Counted from the first letter of the stretch, positions 29,558 through 38,437 are shown. The stretch: DNA of 64,000 bases from Candidatus Bathyarchaeota archaeon (GCA_963707955.1 OY970176.1:1-64000), one strand, 5' to 3'. Numbers and translations: made by a program. The notes: generated by a model not told the origin, from the sequence alone.

Positions 29558-29632
29558 CTCAAAATCTGTGCCGACGAAAGCGTTAACAATGCCATCGTTG
29601 AAGGCCTAAAGAGATGCCGCGTAGGAGCATGA
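29558..29632 (+). pseudogene. N-terminal remnant of a DUF5615 PIN-like gene
   Basis: LKICADESVNNAIVEGLKRCRVGA* resembles the N-terminus of 21020..21373 (KFLADENIPIRAVETLKQ); lies between CCACGCGCGTGG and ACGCACGT. Confidence 0.6.
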
Positions 29633-29737
29633 CGCACGTTAAGGTAAGGCAGCGAGTGTGATCGGCAGCCAAACTCAACAGTTTCCGACATATTTATTAA
29701 TGTAAGGCATTATATGTTTCTGTGGGTGAAATTGGTT

Positions 29738-29998
29738 TTGGTAGAAACCGTTACCGTCACTTCGAAGGGGCAGGTGACCATTCCTTCAAGGCTGAGAAGA
29801 GAACTGAAAATACTGAAAGGAGAAAAACTCCTGATTGTCCGCGAGGGAAACGCCCTCAAAATCATTCCAGTACCCAAGCTGTCCAAGTTAGCCGGCGTGG
29901 ACGAGGAAATGTTCCGTGACAGAAAGCCTTCAGAAGAAATTCAGACCATGAGAAAGGAGTGGACAAAAGAATTTGACAAACGAACCCAGCAAGCCTAA
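29738..29998 (+). CDS. AbrB/MazE-type antitoxin
   Basis: VTSKGQVTIPSRLRRELKI. Confidence 0.9.
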   Translation: MVETVTVTSKGQVTIPSRLRRELKILKGEKLLIVREGNALKIIPVPKLSKLAGVDEEMFRDRKPSEEIQTMRKEWTKEFDKRTQQA

Positions 29999-30416
29999 GA
30001 TCGTCCTGGACACAAAACCCTTCATCAAACTTTTCGCAAAAGAAGAAGGCTGGGAAACCGTTCAGAAAATCCTCTGCAAAATCGAAGATGACGAAATCGA
30101 AGCGACGATCAGCGTAGTCACCCTCACAGAAATCTACTACAAGTATCTGCACGAGAAAAGACCAGACTTGGCCAGAACCAGAACTCAAGAGCTCAGGTAC
30201 GCCGTATACCTCAAGAAGCTAGAGATAGACGAAGAGGCCGCCGTCAAAGCCGGCGAATTCAAAGGCAAATACAACGTTCCCATAGCTGACGCCTTCATAG
30301 CAGCCGCCGCCTACTTTGAAGCATCAACCATAATCAGCGACGACCCAGACTTCAAGAGAATACCCGAAATCAAAACCCTGACCGAAAAAGAATTCATCTC
30401 ACACCCGCCAACATAG
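29973..30416 (+). CDS. vapC: VapC PIN-domain toxin
   Basis: VLDT, TLTEI, IADAFIAA, SDDPDF. Confidence 0.92.
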   Translation: MTNEPSKPKIVLDTKPFIKLFAKEEGWETVQKILCKIEDDEIEATISVVTLTEIYYKYLHEKRPDLARTRTQELRYAVYLKKLEIDEEAAVKAGEFKGKYNVPIADAFIAAAAYFEASTIISDDPDFKRIPEIKTLTEKEFISHPPT

Positions 30417-30816
30417 CGCGCTAGCGTGTCCCCAAATTCAGTTTTTCAAGCGTGACGTGACCGAGTTGATTCATGTCCAATAGACAATGCTCCTTGCATC
30501 AAGATCAGACAGCAATCCTCGAACCAACCAAGCATATAAGAAAAACCGGCATGCGAACGAATAAAGGAACAAGCATGCGCGCTTTTCAACAATCCTCGCC
30601 AACTGTATATGCAAAACGTATATGCAAAATGTATATGCTTCTACGCGCTCCATTCTCTTTCTCACTGTGCCTTTCCTGACACTTTCAATTAATCTCAGAC
30701 TGACATTAAAGCGAACTTGCTCGCCTACTTCTTCCCTCCACTTATAATGATTCCCCCACAACTACAGGGAACCATCAGAAAACATCCTTCACCCTCTTAA
30801 AATAGAACTTGAACGA

Positions 30817-30943
30817 GCACGCACGCAAGAAACGGCTTCGACGTTCAAATACACCCCTTCCCAAGTCTAGGAACTACACAAAGAGCCCCGAAAACGAGGC
30901 TTTCAGGTGCGCCAGACCGGAAGGGCCAGCGAAAGCTGAAAAC
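30817..30943 (+). repeat. Intergenic direct repeat, copy 2 of 27303-27428
   Basis: Near-identical over about 125 bp with scattered substitutions. Confidence 0.93.
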
Positions 30944-31126
30944 TCGCATTATCTCGCCTGCCCAGAAAAAGATTTTGGACACAACTGAATCAAATGCTCA
31001 TTAAGACCATAAAGCATGATCTTCTGCGTAAGATTTATGTAGAGGATTATTCTATAGGACGATTCCTCATCGGTTTAATTAGCCGTTCTGTCAACTTTAT
31101 GCTGACGGAAAAGAAAGGAGAAGAAA

Positions 31127-31822
31127 ATGCTTCAGTCATCTGTGTCAGTGGTCATTCCCGCCTTCAACGAACAGAAAACCATAGGACACGTGATCGAAGA
31201 AACCATCTCGGTGATGGACAGCCTAGGAGTCCCATACGAGATCATCATAGTTGACGACGGGTCCACGGACAGAACAGGACAAGTAGCCACGACGTACAAA
31301 GCAACCGTTCTGACGAACGAAATAAACAGGGGAAAAGGCTACGCCATAAGAAAAGGCTTCGAACAAGCAACGGGCGACATCATCGTCACCCTGGACTCTG
31401 ACGGAGAACACAGCCCCAAAGAGATACCAGACCTACTCAATCCGCTGTCCAACGGCACGGACATCGTTGGCGGTTCAAGGTTCTTAGGCAACAACGCCTA
31501 CTCAACGACCAGACTCAACCGTCTCGGCAACTTCATCTTCAACATGGCCATCGCAACGCTAACTGGAAAACGGGTAACAGACAGCCAAACAGGCTTCAGA
31601 GCCTTCAAAAAAGAAGTCCTCCAGAAACTCAACCTAGCCTCTTCAGGCTACGAAATAGAAACCGAAATCACAGTTAAGGGACTGAAGAACGGCTTCACCT
31701 TCGAAGAAAAACCCATAACCTGCAAGCAGAGACAATACAGCGTTTCAAAACTGAAAATACTCAGCGACGGAACCAAAATCCTCAAAACAATGCTGAAGGC
31801 CAACCTGGCCACGATCGACTAG
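31127..31822 (+). CDS. GT2, dolichol-phosphate glycosyltransferase (DPM1-like)
   Basis: VIPAFNE, DDGSTD, NRGKG, LDSDGEH, GSRF, DSQTGFRA. Confidence 0.92.
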   Translation: MLQSSVSVVIPAFNEQKTIGHVIEETISVMDSLGVPYEIIIVDDGSTDRTGQVATTYKATVLTNEINRGKGYAIRKGFEQATGDIIVTLDSDGEHSPKEIPDLLNPLSNGTDIVGGSRFLGNNAYSTTRLNRLGNFIFNMAIATLTGKRVTDSQTGFRAFKKEVLQKLNLASSGYEIETEITVKGLKNGFTFEEKPITCKQRQYSVSKLKILSDGTKILKTMLKANLATID

Positions 31823-31909
31823 TTTTCGCCAGGCGCGCGCTAGTGTGAAAAGTCTAAGGGTCAAGAAACCTTAAAAACACTCCCTCAAGAATCTTCTAAT
31901 GAAAAGGAA

Positions 31910-32827
31910 ATGACCCACCAAGAAAAGCAAGGAGCAGAAGAACCTGCCGGCGCAAATGCCGAATTGGAATCAACGAAACAGCTCACAGCCACGCTTGATC
32001 AGCTGCAGAAAGAAGTTGCAAGTCTGAAGTCGCAGCTTGAGGCAACGAACCGAAAATCCTCAAGCAGAATCGGCATAGTCTTCGCTGTTCCCGGCATCTT
32101 GTCACTCGCATTCTCCGTCATAACAGCATCACAAGTCCTGGCATTCATCGGCCTGGGCTTAACGTTCTGGGGAGCCCTCTTCTTCTTGGTCAGACCCATC
32201 GCCTACGTCAGAGGCAACCTCCTAGGCATAACAGCAGTCACACTGTACTCAACGATCGACAGAATAATCAAAGACTTGAACTACGAAGGAAAGGGCCTCT
32301 ACGTGCCGCCATACCCAAGAGACGCTTATCTGCCCGAACACCTAAAAGGCCTCAAAGAATCCATCGTGTTCATATCCGCCGACGCCGACTCAGGCCCACC
32401 ATCGGTCGAGGAGATCGCGAGCAGCAGGTTCATGACAAAAAAACCCAGAGGAATATGCATAACTGCACCCGGATCAGGCCTCGTGGACCAGTTTGAAAAA
32501 ATGTTGAGAACAGACCTGACCAAGATGAACCTCGAAGACTTGTGCGCCAGCCTACCACAGATCATCCTGGAAAACTTTCAGCTCGCAAAAGAAATCGAGA
32601 TGAAAACAGAGGATCACCGAGTCATCCTGAAAACATCCGACTCAGTCTTCAAAAACCTCTACCTTGAAGAAGGCCCAAGAAGCGTGCGACTTCTAGGATG
32701 CCCTCTCGTCAGCGCCGTAGCATCCGCACTGGGGAAGACAACGGGCAAAGCGACTCTGATCGAGTCCATTAACACTTCGCCAGACGTTCAAACTATCGAA
32801 GTCTCCTACGGCTTCAAAGAAGGTTAG
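31910..32827 (+). CDS. Conserved-looking membrane protein (coiled coil, two TMs, soluble C-terminal domain)
   Basis: Long ORF; LGCPLVSAVA near the C-terminus. Confidence 0.65.
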   Translation: MTHQEKQGAEEPAGANAELESTKQLTATLDQLQKEVASLKSQLEATNRKSSSRIGIVFAVPGILSLAFSVITASQVLAFIGLGLTFWGALFFLVRPIAYVRGNLLGITAVTLYSTIDRIIKDLNYEGKGLYVPPYPRDAYLPEHLKGLKESIVFISADADSGPPSVEEIASSRFMTKKPRGICITAPGSGLVDQFEKMLRTDLTKMNLEDLCASLPQIILENFQLAKEIEMKTEDHRVILKTSDSVFKNLYLEEGPRSVRLLGCPLVSAVASALGKTTGKATLIESINTSPDVQTIEVSYGFKEG

Positions 32828-32831
32828 GAAG

Positions 32832-33029
32832 ATGAGGTTTCCACTGTCAGTCTCCGACATCGGACTGTGGCTCGCAGTCACCGCGATCATACTCTTGGTA
32901 ACCTCTGAACTGCTTTCCTCCTCTACCGGCCGACTGGGAAACGTTGCGATTGAAAAGAAACGTCTCAGATTAATCGCGTTAGCGCTCGGAATAGGCTTCT
33001 TGGCAACGGTCGTCATGCGCGTTGTTTAG
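32832..33029 (+). CDS. Small two-TM membrane protein
   Basis: Two hydrophobic helices, 4 bp downstream of the previous gene. Confidence 0.7.
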   Translation: MRFPLSVSDIGLWLAVTAIILLVTSELLSSSTGRLGNVAIEKKRLRLIALALGIGFLATVVMRVV

Positions 33030-33489
33030 CCAACGTAATCATAAACCCCATATTGGACTGCCATGTTTCTGACAACTCCATAAAAACCCTCTACAGGATT
33101 ATTCCTTACATGCGCGCGCCGTGGCCTCAACCTCAGACCAAACCTGCAATTTAAGGAGTTTCCTCACTATTTTTCATAGCAGCAGAGTTTTCGCCTTGTT
33201 TCGAAAAGGGAAGAACATGTATTAACTCGCCAGCGAAAGACAAACTTGAGGACGAAAACGCTCATGCAATGGCACAAGAGAGCACTGTCCGCACTGAACA
33301 GAGTGTATAGTGCCCTGAAAACCTAGCGCGCGCTGAGAGAGCAGCATCAAAACATGACCCAGAAAAAAACATGAAGGCAACAGCGGCTTTTACTCAAACA
33401 AGAAATATGGGGAGAGGCTGATGACGGCCTCTTGGTCTTGAAGCGCGCGTGTTCTCAGATTATGCTGCCTTGTGAAGGCTCTTGTGATG

Positions 33490-33933
33490 CTATTGCGTTC
33501 CCGTTATGTTTATGTTGAAGCTGAAGTTTGTGACGCCGCTGATGCCTGATGAAACGCTGAGAGTCAGCACAACCGTGGCATTTGAACCGGATGCCAGTTG
33601 TGTATTGTCGTGGTCCCAGCTTAGAGTGATGTAACTTTGAGCGGACGGCGAACTCCAGTTACCATAAGTCATCGTTAACGTCACCGGTATGGTGCCGTTA
33701 TTCATTACGTATATCGTGTGCGTAGCCGTGTTGCCTGGGTTCAGGGTTCCCCAACTGACGGAGGAGAGGATAGTTGTGCAACTAGAGTCTGAGTATACGC
33801 CTACTCCTACGGCGTTGATAGTCCCATTGTTGGAGAATGTGCGAGTCACAGTGAGAGTGCCCAGTGCACCCACGAGTGTGGCCATAACCGCTACTACCAA
33901 GACTGCTCCTATTGTTGCTTTTTGCATGGCCAT
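33490..33933 (-). CDS. Secreted WGxLxPG-family protein (minimal single-domain member)
   Basis: Signal peptide, TRTFSNNGTINAVGVGVYSDSSCT...VSWGTLNPG...IYVMNNGTIP; AGGTGA RBS. Confidence 0.8.
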   Translation of the reverse strand: MAMQKATIGAVLVVAVMATLVGALGTLTVTRTFSNNGTINAVGVGVYSDSSCTTILSSVSWGTLNPGNTATHTIYVMNNGTIPVTLTMTYGNWSSPSAQSYITLSWDHDNTQLASGSNATVVLTLSVSSGISGVTNFSFNINITGTQ

Positions 33934-34098
33934 GTGTTTTCACCTTCGCAGACTCAGGCATCGTGAGTCTTAATAAACCTTATTGTCTAATTGAGCAACA
34001 CAGATACAAATCCCAAAACAAACACAGCACGCGCACTCTGCCTGGAGGTTTATAAGCGCTGCAGTTGACTTGTTTCTTGAGTAGCTGGCGATTAACGT

Positions 34099-34878
34099 TT
34101 GAAGGTCACAAAAAGTGGCGTTAGTGACGTCCGAGCGAAGCAGAAACGTAGATTGTGGTTTGATGAGTTGAACATGAGAGAGGTCAAAGAGTGTGCCAAG
34201 TCAAGCAACGCCGTCATAGTTCCTGTTGGGAGTGTTGAGGAGCATGGAGCCCACCTCCCTCTTTGCACCGACAGCGTACAGCCTGAGTTTGTAGCATTGG
34301 AGGTGGCCAAGAGAACTGGGTGCTCGGTTGCACCGCCCTTGAGATACGGGGTCTGCGATTCGACGAGGGGTTTTCCTGGTACGATTTCAATTGGGTTTGA
34401 GTCTTTGCACAGGGTTGTTCGAGACGTTCTTGAAGAGTTTGTTCGCAACGGTTTCAGGAGGATTCTTGTTTTGAGCGGTCACGCCGGTCAGGCTCACATG
34501 GCTGCGCTCAGACTTGCGGCGCAGGAAGTTGTTTGGAATCATCAGGGCGAGAGTGCGGAGAAGAAATGTCGGATTATGGTGTGTTCAGATTATGACTTTG
34601 CCTATGAGTTGAGGGGGAAGTATTTCAGCGAGAAGGACGGCCATGCTGGAGCGATCGAGACTTCGAGGGTTATGGCCATCAGACCTGATCTAGTTAAGAT
34701 GAGGGGTAAGAAGAGTTTTCCGACGCTGCCGAGGTTCGAAATAGTCGCGGATGCGCAGAAGTATTTTCCGAGCGGTGTGATCGGCGACCCGACAGCGGCG
34801 TCGCGGACGAAAGGCCGGATGATTAACAGTTACGTCGTCGACAACGTGGCCAGACTCGTGGAAGAGTTGATGCGCTGA
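34099..34878 (+). CDS. Creatininase family amidohydrolase
   Basis: PVGSVEEHGAHLPLCTD, FPGTISI, SGHAG, HAGAIETS, GVIGDP. Confidence 0.92.
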   Translation: MKVTKSGVSDVRAKQKRRLWFDELNMREVKECAKSSNAVIVPVGSVEEHGAHLPLCTDSVQPEFVALEVAKRTGCSVAPPLRYGVCDSTRGFPGTISIGFESLHRVVRDVLEEFVRNGFRRILVLSGHAGQAHMAALRLAAQEVVWNHQGESAEKKCRIMVCSDYDFAYELRGKYFSEKDGHAGAIETSRVMAIRPDLVKMRGKKSFPTLPRFEIVADAQKYFPSGVIGDPTAASRTKGRMINSYVVDNVARLVEELMR

Positions 34879-35044
34879 CGGTCGACAATGGGATTAGTCA
34901 TGTGACGTTGACGCCAAGCGCCTGTAAAATGGAGTGTGCGTGCAACGGCGGTAGGGCTCTCTATTTGGAGACAAATGTATACTGGTTTCGAGAGTGCGCG
35001 CTCAAAGTTTAAGGTTTATATGTCTTCGTGTTGAAGGTTCCATT

Positions 35045-35929
35045 ATGCCGCACGGGCGCAGGAAGTCTCACGAACTTAGAAATGCACTCATCGTCGCAGT
35101 AGTTTTGATTCTTATCCTTGGCATAGTCGTGGCGGCCTATCGAATGAACGGCGGCGGGCCCACGTATTCGGATGTCTCAAATACTTCAACGGTGGCAGGT
35201 TCATCATGTACCTTCAGTACTCTCTGGGCGGATAATGCGAACGTGAGCGGTTACATTTTCGAAACCAACAACACTGGCACATTCGTTAATGACACGTGGA
35301 CACCGTTCTCAGATTTCGTGGGTCCAACATCCAGCAATGCCACGGTTACGAAGACCTTGGACAACACGATCGGCGACGTTGTTCAATGGAGGTTCTGGTG
35401 CAACGACACCAATAACAAATGGAACACTGTTCCGATGCAGAGCTTTTTTGTTGACACAAACAAAGTTCTGCTTGTGACAAGCATGGGAAACATAACGATC
35501 AAACTCTACGATGACATGCCCATTACAACGGGGAACTTCAAGAATCTAGTAAGAACCGGAGTGTATAATGGGGCCCTCTTTAGCAGGGTTGCCTATGGTT
35601 TTGTGATCCAAGGCGGGGACGCTACGCCGAAGGGCATAACGGTGCCTCCGATTAAGGATGAACTTCCTAACAAGCACAGCAACGTGGCCGGAGCAGTGGC
35701 CATGGCTAAAACAAGCCAACCCAACTCTGCTGCGAGCCAGTTTTTCATAGACTTGAACGACACCAACGCTGCCAAGTTGGACAGCACCTACTCGGTCTTT
35801 GGCATGGTGATATCAGGCATGGACGTCGTTGACAATATCGGCCAAGTGCCCATCACCCCCGTGAATAGCGCGACTGACGGCACGCCAGTTGAGAACATAT
35901 ACATCATATCAGCACAATTCATCAGATAG
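35045..35929 (+). CDS. Membrane-anchored cyclophilin-type peptidyl-prolyl isomerase with extra extracellular domain
   Basis: N-terminal TM; FSRV..FVIQGGD, GAVAMA, SQFFI, LD..YSVFG. Confidence 0.9.
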   Translation: MPHGRRKSHELRNALIVAVVLILILGIVVAAYRMNGGGPTYSDVSNTSTVAGSSCTFSTLWADNANVSGYIFETNNTGTFVNDTWTPFSDFVGPTSSNATVTKTLDNTIGDVVQWRFWCNDTNNKWNTVPMQSFFVDTNKVLLVTSMGNITIKLYDDMPITTGNFKNLVRTGVYNGALFSRVAYGFVIQGGDATPKGITVPPIKDELPNKHSNVAGAVAMAKTSQPNSAASQFFIDLNDTNAAKLDSTYSVFGMVISGMDVVDNIGQVPITPVNSATDGTPVENIYIISAQFIR

Positions 35930-36222
35930 CAAGCCAGGAACGCACAGCTTACTGAGCGTGCAGTGTCACGAGAACTTCAGGATCACTTCAGCAGTTACGT
36001 CCATGCCGTTGACTGGCAGATTAACTCCTGACGTGACGTGGGAAGATTTGAGCGCCTCTGCAAATGCCCGTCCAACCTTCTCAGGAGTAAGCTCATCGAA
36101 ACTCAGTCGTGTTCCAACTCCTAAACGTTCCAGCCTCAGCGCGTGCTTTCCTAAATAGTATGAAATCACTAGTTCTCTGAAGGTTGAGCAATCAGAGTAG
36201 CGTGCCAAGAACAAATGTTGAT

Positions 36223-36633
36223 CTAAACTAGTTGGTCCTCGTTGGTCGTCATGACGGAGAATTTTATCTGTTTCACTGGCTTGTTTGCTTTCAGGCCGTC
36301 TAAGAGGCTTTTCAGACGCTTAGGAGATCCTTTCACTACCATGACCTCGAGACAGCTGCTCTCCGTCAAGTGTGAATGAAGGTATGCGGCAATCATGTCG
36401 CTGAACTCGTGCTGGAGCCTGAACAGTTCTTCGTTTTTTTCTTTTTTTTCATAGAGGACCGTTATCGTGGCCATTATGTTTCCTTTGATTTCGTCGAGTT
36501 CCTTGTACTCTGAAATGTATGTCCGAAGAGCTTGTCTTATCACCTCAGACCTTGATGCGTATCGTTCTTCTCCAAGGATGGCATCTAGCTCTTTCAGCAG
36601 TTCTTCGGGTAATGATAGACTGATTATTCCCAA
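36223..36633 (-). CDS. nikR: NikR-family nickel-responsive regulator
   Basis: RHH ISLSLP...SRSEVIRQAL; metal ligands LQH, HSH, CLEV; TTG start at 36633. Confidence 0.85.
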   Translation of the reverse strand: MGIISLSLPEELLKELDAILGEERYASRSEVIRQALRTYISEYKELDEIKGNIMATITVLYEKKEKNEELFRLQHEFSDMIAAYLHSHLTESSCLEVMVVKGSPKRLKSLLDGLKANKPVKQIKFSVMTTNEDQLV

Positions 36634-36852
36634 CGTCTTCGCCTCAGCATTCTGCAGTGTATTAAGGTTGTCTTTTTCTAATAAGACTGACTGGAGCGGC
36701 TTATGAATCAAAACTAAACCAGCCGCGAAAAGCTGCTGAGCGCGGGGTTACTGAAAAGGACGAAAAATCAGCAAATTTGGAAGAACCTCTTCGGAGTTAT
36801 GCAGAAAACGACTTTGATTTTGGCAGCATCAGCCTGCAATCAAGGTCGAAGC

Positions 36853-37665
36853 TTAGCGTTTGAGCCACTGGACTGTTTTTTTGCCCGTAATGACGAAGAG
36901 AAAGATCGTGAGGCCGACGATAACTATTGTGGCGCCTGGGGTCGTGTCGAGCACGATACACAGCAGCAGGCCGAGAACGACAGTTAGAAGACCGAACACG
37001 GGAGAGAGTGTCATCGTCTGCTTGAACGATCGACTAACTTGGAGGCTTGTGAGGGCGGGAAGCACAAGTAGAGCAGATATCAGCAGTACACCGACGATCG
37101 GTATGGCGGCCATAACTACCACGCCGGCAAGGGCGCTCACTAGGTAATCGAAGAACCATGTTTTCACGCCGGCGGCTTTGGCCTGAGTTTCGTCGAAAGT
37201 GACCAAGACGAGCTCCTTGTAAAATGCGATGACGACGGCTAAAGTTGCAATGAGTACCGCCAGCGCGATGTATATCTGCTCGTAATTGACCAAGATGATG
37301 CTTCCGAAAAGCAAGCTCTCCAAATTGACCCCGAAGCCTCTTGCCAAACTGAGAAGCACGCCACCACCGGCCAAGCCCAACTGAAGAAACAACGCGACGG
37401 CTGCGTCTCCAGATATCTTGGCAGAACGGATTGCTTTCGTCATCCCCATTGAGCCTAGTACCACGACGATCGACGCTACCCAATTAACCGATTGTTGAAC
37501 CCCGAGGAAATAGCCGAGCGCCAAGCCTCCGAAGGCCGTGTGCCCTAAGCCGTCCCCGATAAGTGAAAGCCTTTTTAGCACGATGAAAATGCTCAGGATA
37601 GAAGTGAGGATCGCCAGTATGACTCCAGCAACGAAGGCTCGCTGGACAAAGGGTTGCTGCAGCAT
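36853..37665 (-). CDS. Zn/Mn-type ABC transporter permease (ZnuB-like)
   Basis: LSLIGDGLGH, LFGSI, VTFDE..A..AG. Confidence 0.9.
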   Translation of the reverse strand: MLQQPFVQRAFVAGVILAILTSILSIFIVLKRLSLIGDGLGHTAFGGLALGYFLGVQQSVNWVASIVVVLGSMGMTKAIRSAKISGDAAVALFLQLGLAGGGVLLSLARGFGVNLESLLFGSIILVNYEQIYIALAVLIATLAVVIAFYKELVLVTFDETQAKAAGVKTWFFDYLVSALAGVVVMAAIPIVGVLLISALLVLPALTSLQVSRSFKQTMTLSPVFGLLTVVLGLLLCIVLDTTPGATIVIVGLTIFLFVITGKKTVQWLKR

Positions 37666-37678
37666 GTCGAGTAGAGAG

Positions 37679-38437
37679 TCAAGGATGATCGTGATGCATC
37701 ATCTCCACCGGATAACCGTACATCTTCGGCAGCACCGAACTCGGAGAGAACTCAGACTTCTGACCGCAGAAGAACAATGATCTGTTGATGCAGACGACCC
37801 TGTTGGCGAGCTTGGTGACCACCCCGATGTCGTGGGAGGACAAAACGATGGTTATTCCCTTCTCTCCATTCAAGCGTTCCAGTATGTCGTAAAACTCCGC
37901 TTTCGAAGCCACATCAACTCCGGTCGTAGGCTCATCCAGCAAGAGTAGCTTCGGCTCCGCGACGATCGCCTTCGCCACGAAAACCCGCTGCGACTGCCCA
38001 CCTGAAAGTTGCCCAATCTTCCTGTCTTTCAGCTCGTATATCCCGAAAAGTTTCAGCGCTTCAACGACTTTCTGCCTATCCCGTCCGCCTAGCCGGCGCA
38101 GCAGACCTGTCCGTGCGGCTCTTCCAAGCATGACAGTTTCAAACACGGTGAAAGGAAAGTTGGGATCCTGCGCCTGTGCCTTCTGGGGAACATAGCCAAC
38201 ATACTTAAGGTTCTTTGCCAAGACTTCGTCGTCGAACAGCTTGACCGAGCCAGAGGTGGGCTTTATCAGCCCTAAAACAACGCCTAGGAGTGTGGACTTG
38301 CCCGCTCCGTTGGGACCGATTAAGCCGATCAGGTCTCGGTCGTTAACGTCCAGGGTGATTCTGTCGAGAGCTAACACTCCGTTGCCGTATCTAACGCTGA
38401 CATCGCGAAGTTCGACGATCGGTTTAGCTGATTCCAA
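37679..38437 (-). CDS. Zn/Mn-type ABC transporter ATPase (ZnuC-like)
   Basis: GPNGAGKST, LSGGQ, LLLDEP, SHD. Confidence 0.92.
   Translation of the reverse strand: MESAKPIVELRDVSVRYGNGVLALDRITLDVNDRDLIGLIGPNGAGKSTLLGVVLGLIKPTSGSVKLFDDEVLAKNLKYVGYVPQKAQAQDPNFPFTVFETVMLGRAARTGLLRRLGGRDRQKVVEALKLFGIYELKDRKIGQLSGGQSQRVFVAKAIVAEPKLLLLDEPTTGVDVASKAEFYDILERLNGEKGITIVLSSHDIGVVTKLANRVVCINRSLFFCGQKSEFSPSSVLPKMYGYPVEMMHHDHP

Larger units (their letters stand above)
10130..33449. repeat. Dispersed (CG)n tracts at gene and module boundaries
   Basis: Tracts of 8 nt or more at 10130, 10376, 11615, 13412, 13522, 14652, 15759, 18604, 20710, 21382, 22729, 22848, 24313, 28794, 31833, 33112, 33326; 6-7 nt at 11392, 13115, 22124, 26865, 27097, 28322, 29508, 30416, 30577, 33443. 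Confidence 0.9.

Noticed and set aside
20700-31000. Canonical integron, IS element or provirus
   Set aside because: No integrase, transposase or viral structural gene and no recognisable attC box structure seen
10130-33449. CRISPR array
   Set aside because: Repeats are only 6-14 bp, irregularly spaced and separated by whole genes; no cas genes
35966-36214. 82-aa minus-strand ORF downstream of nikR
   Set aside because: No recognisable motif or clear start; may be a small gene or remnant but cannot be supported
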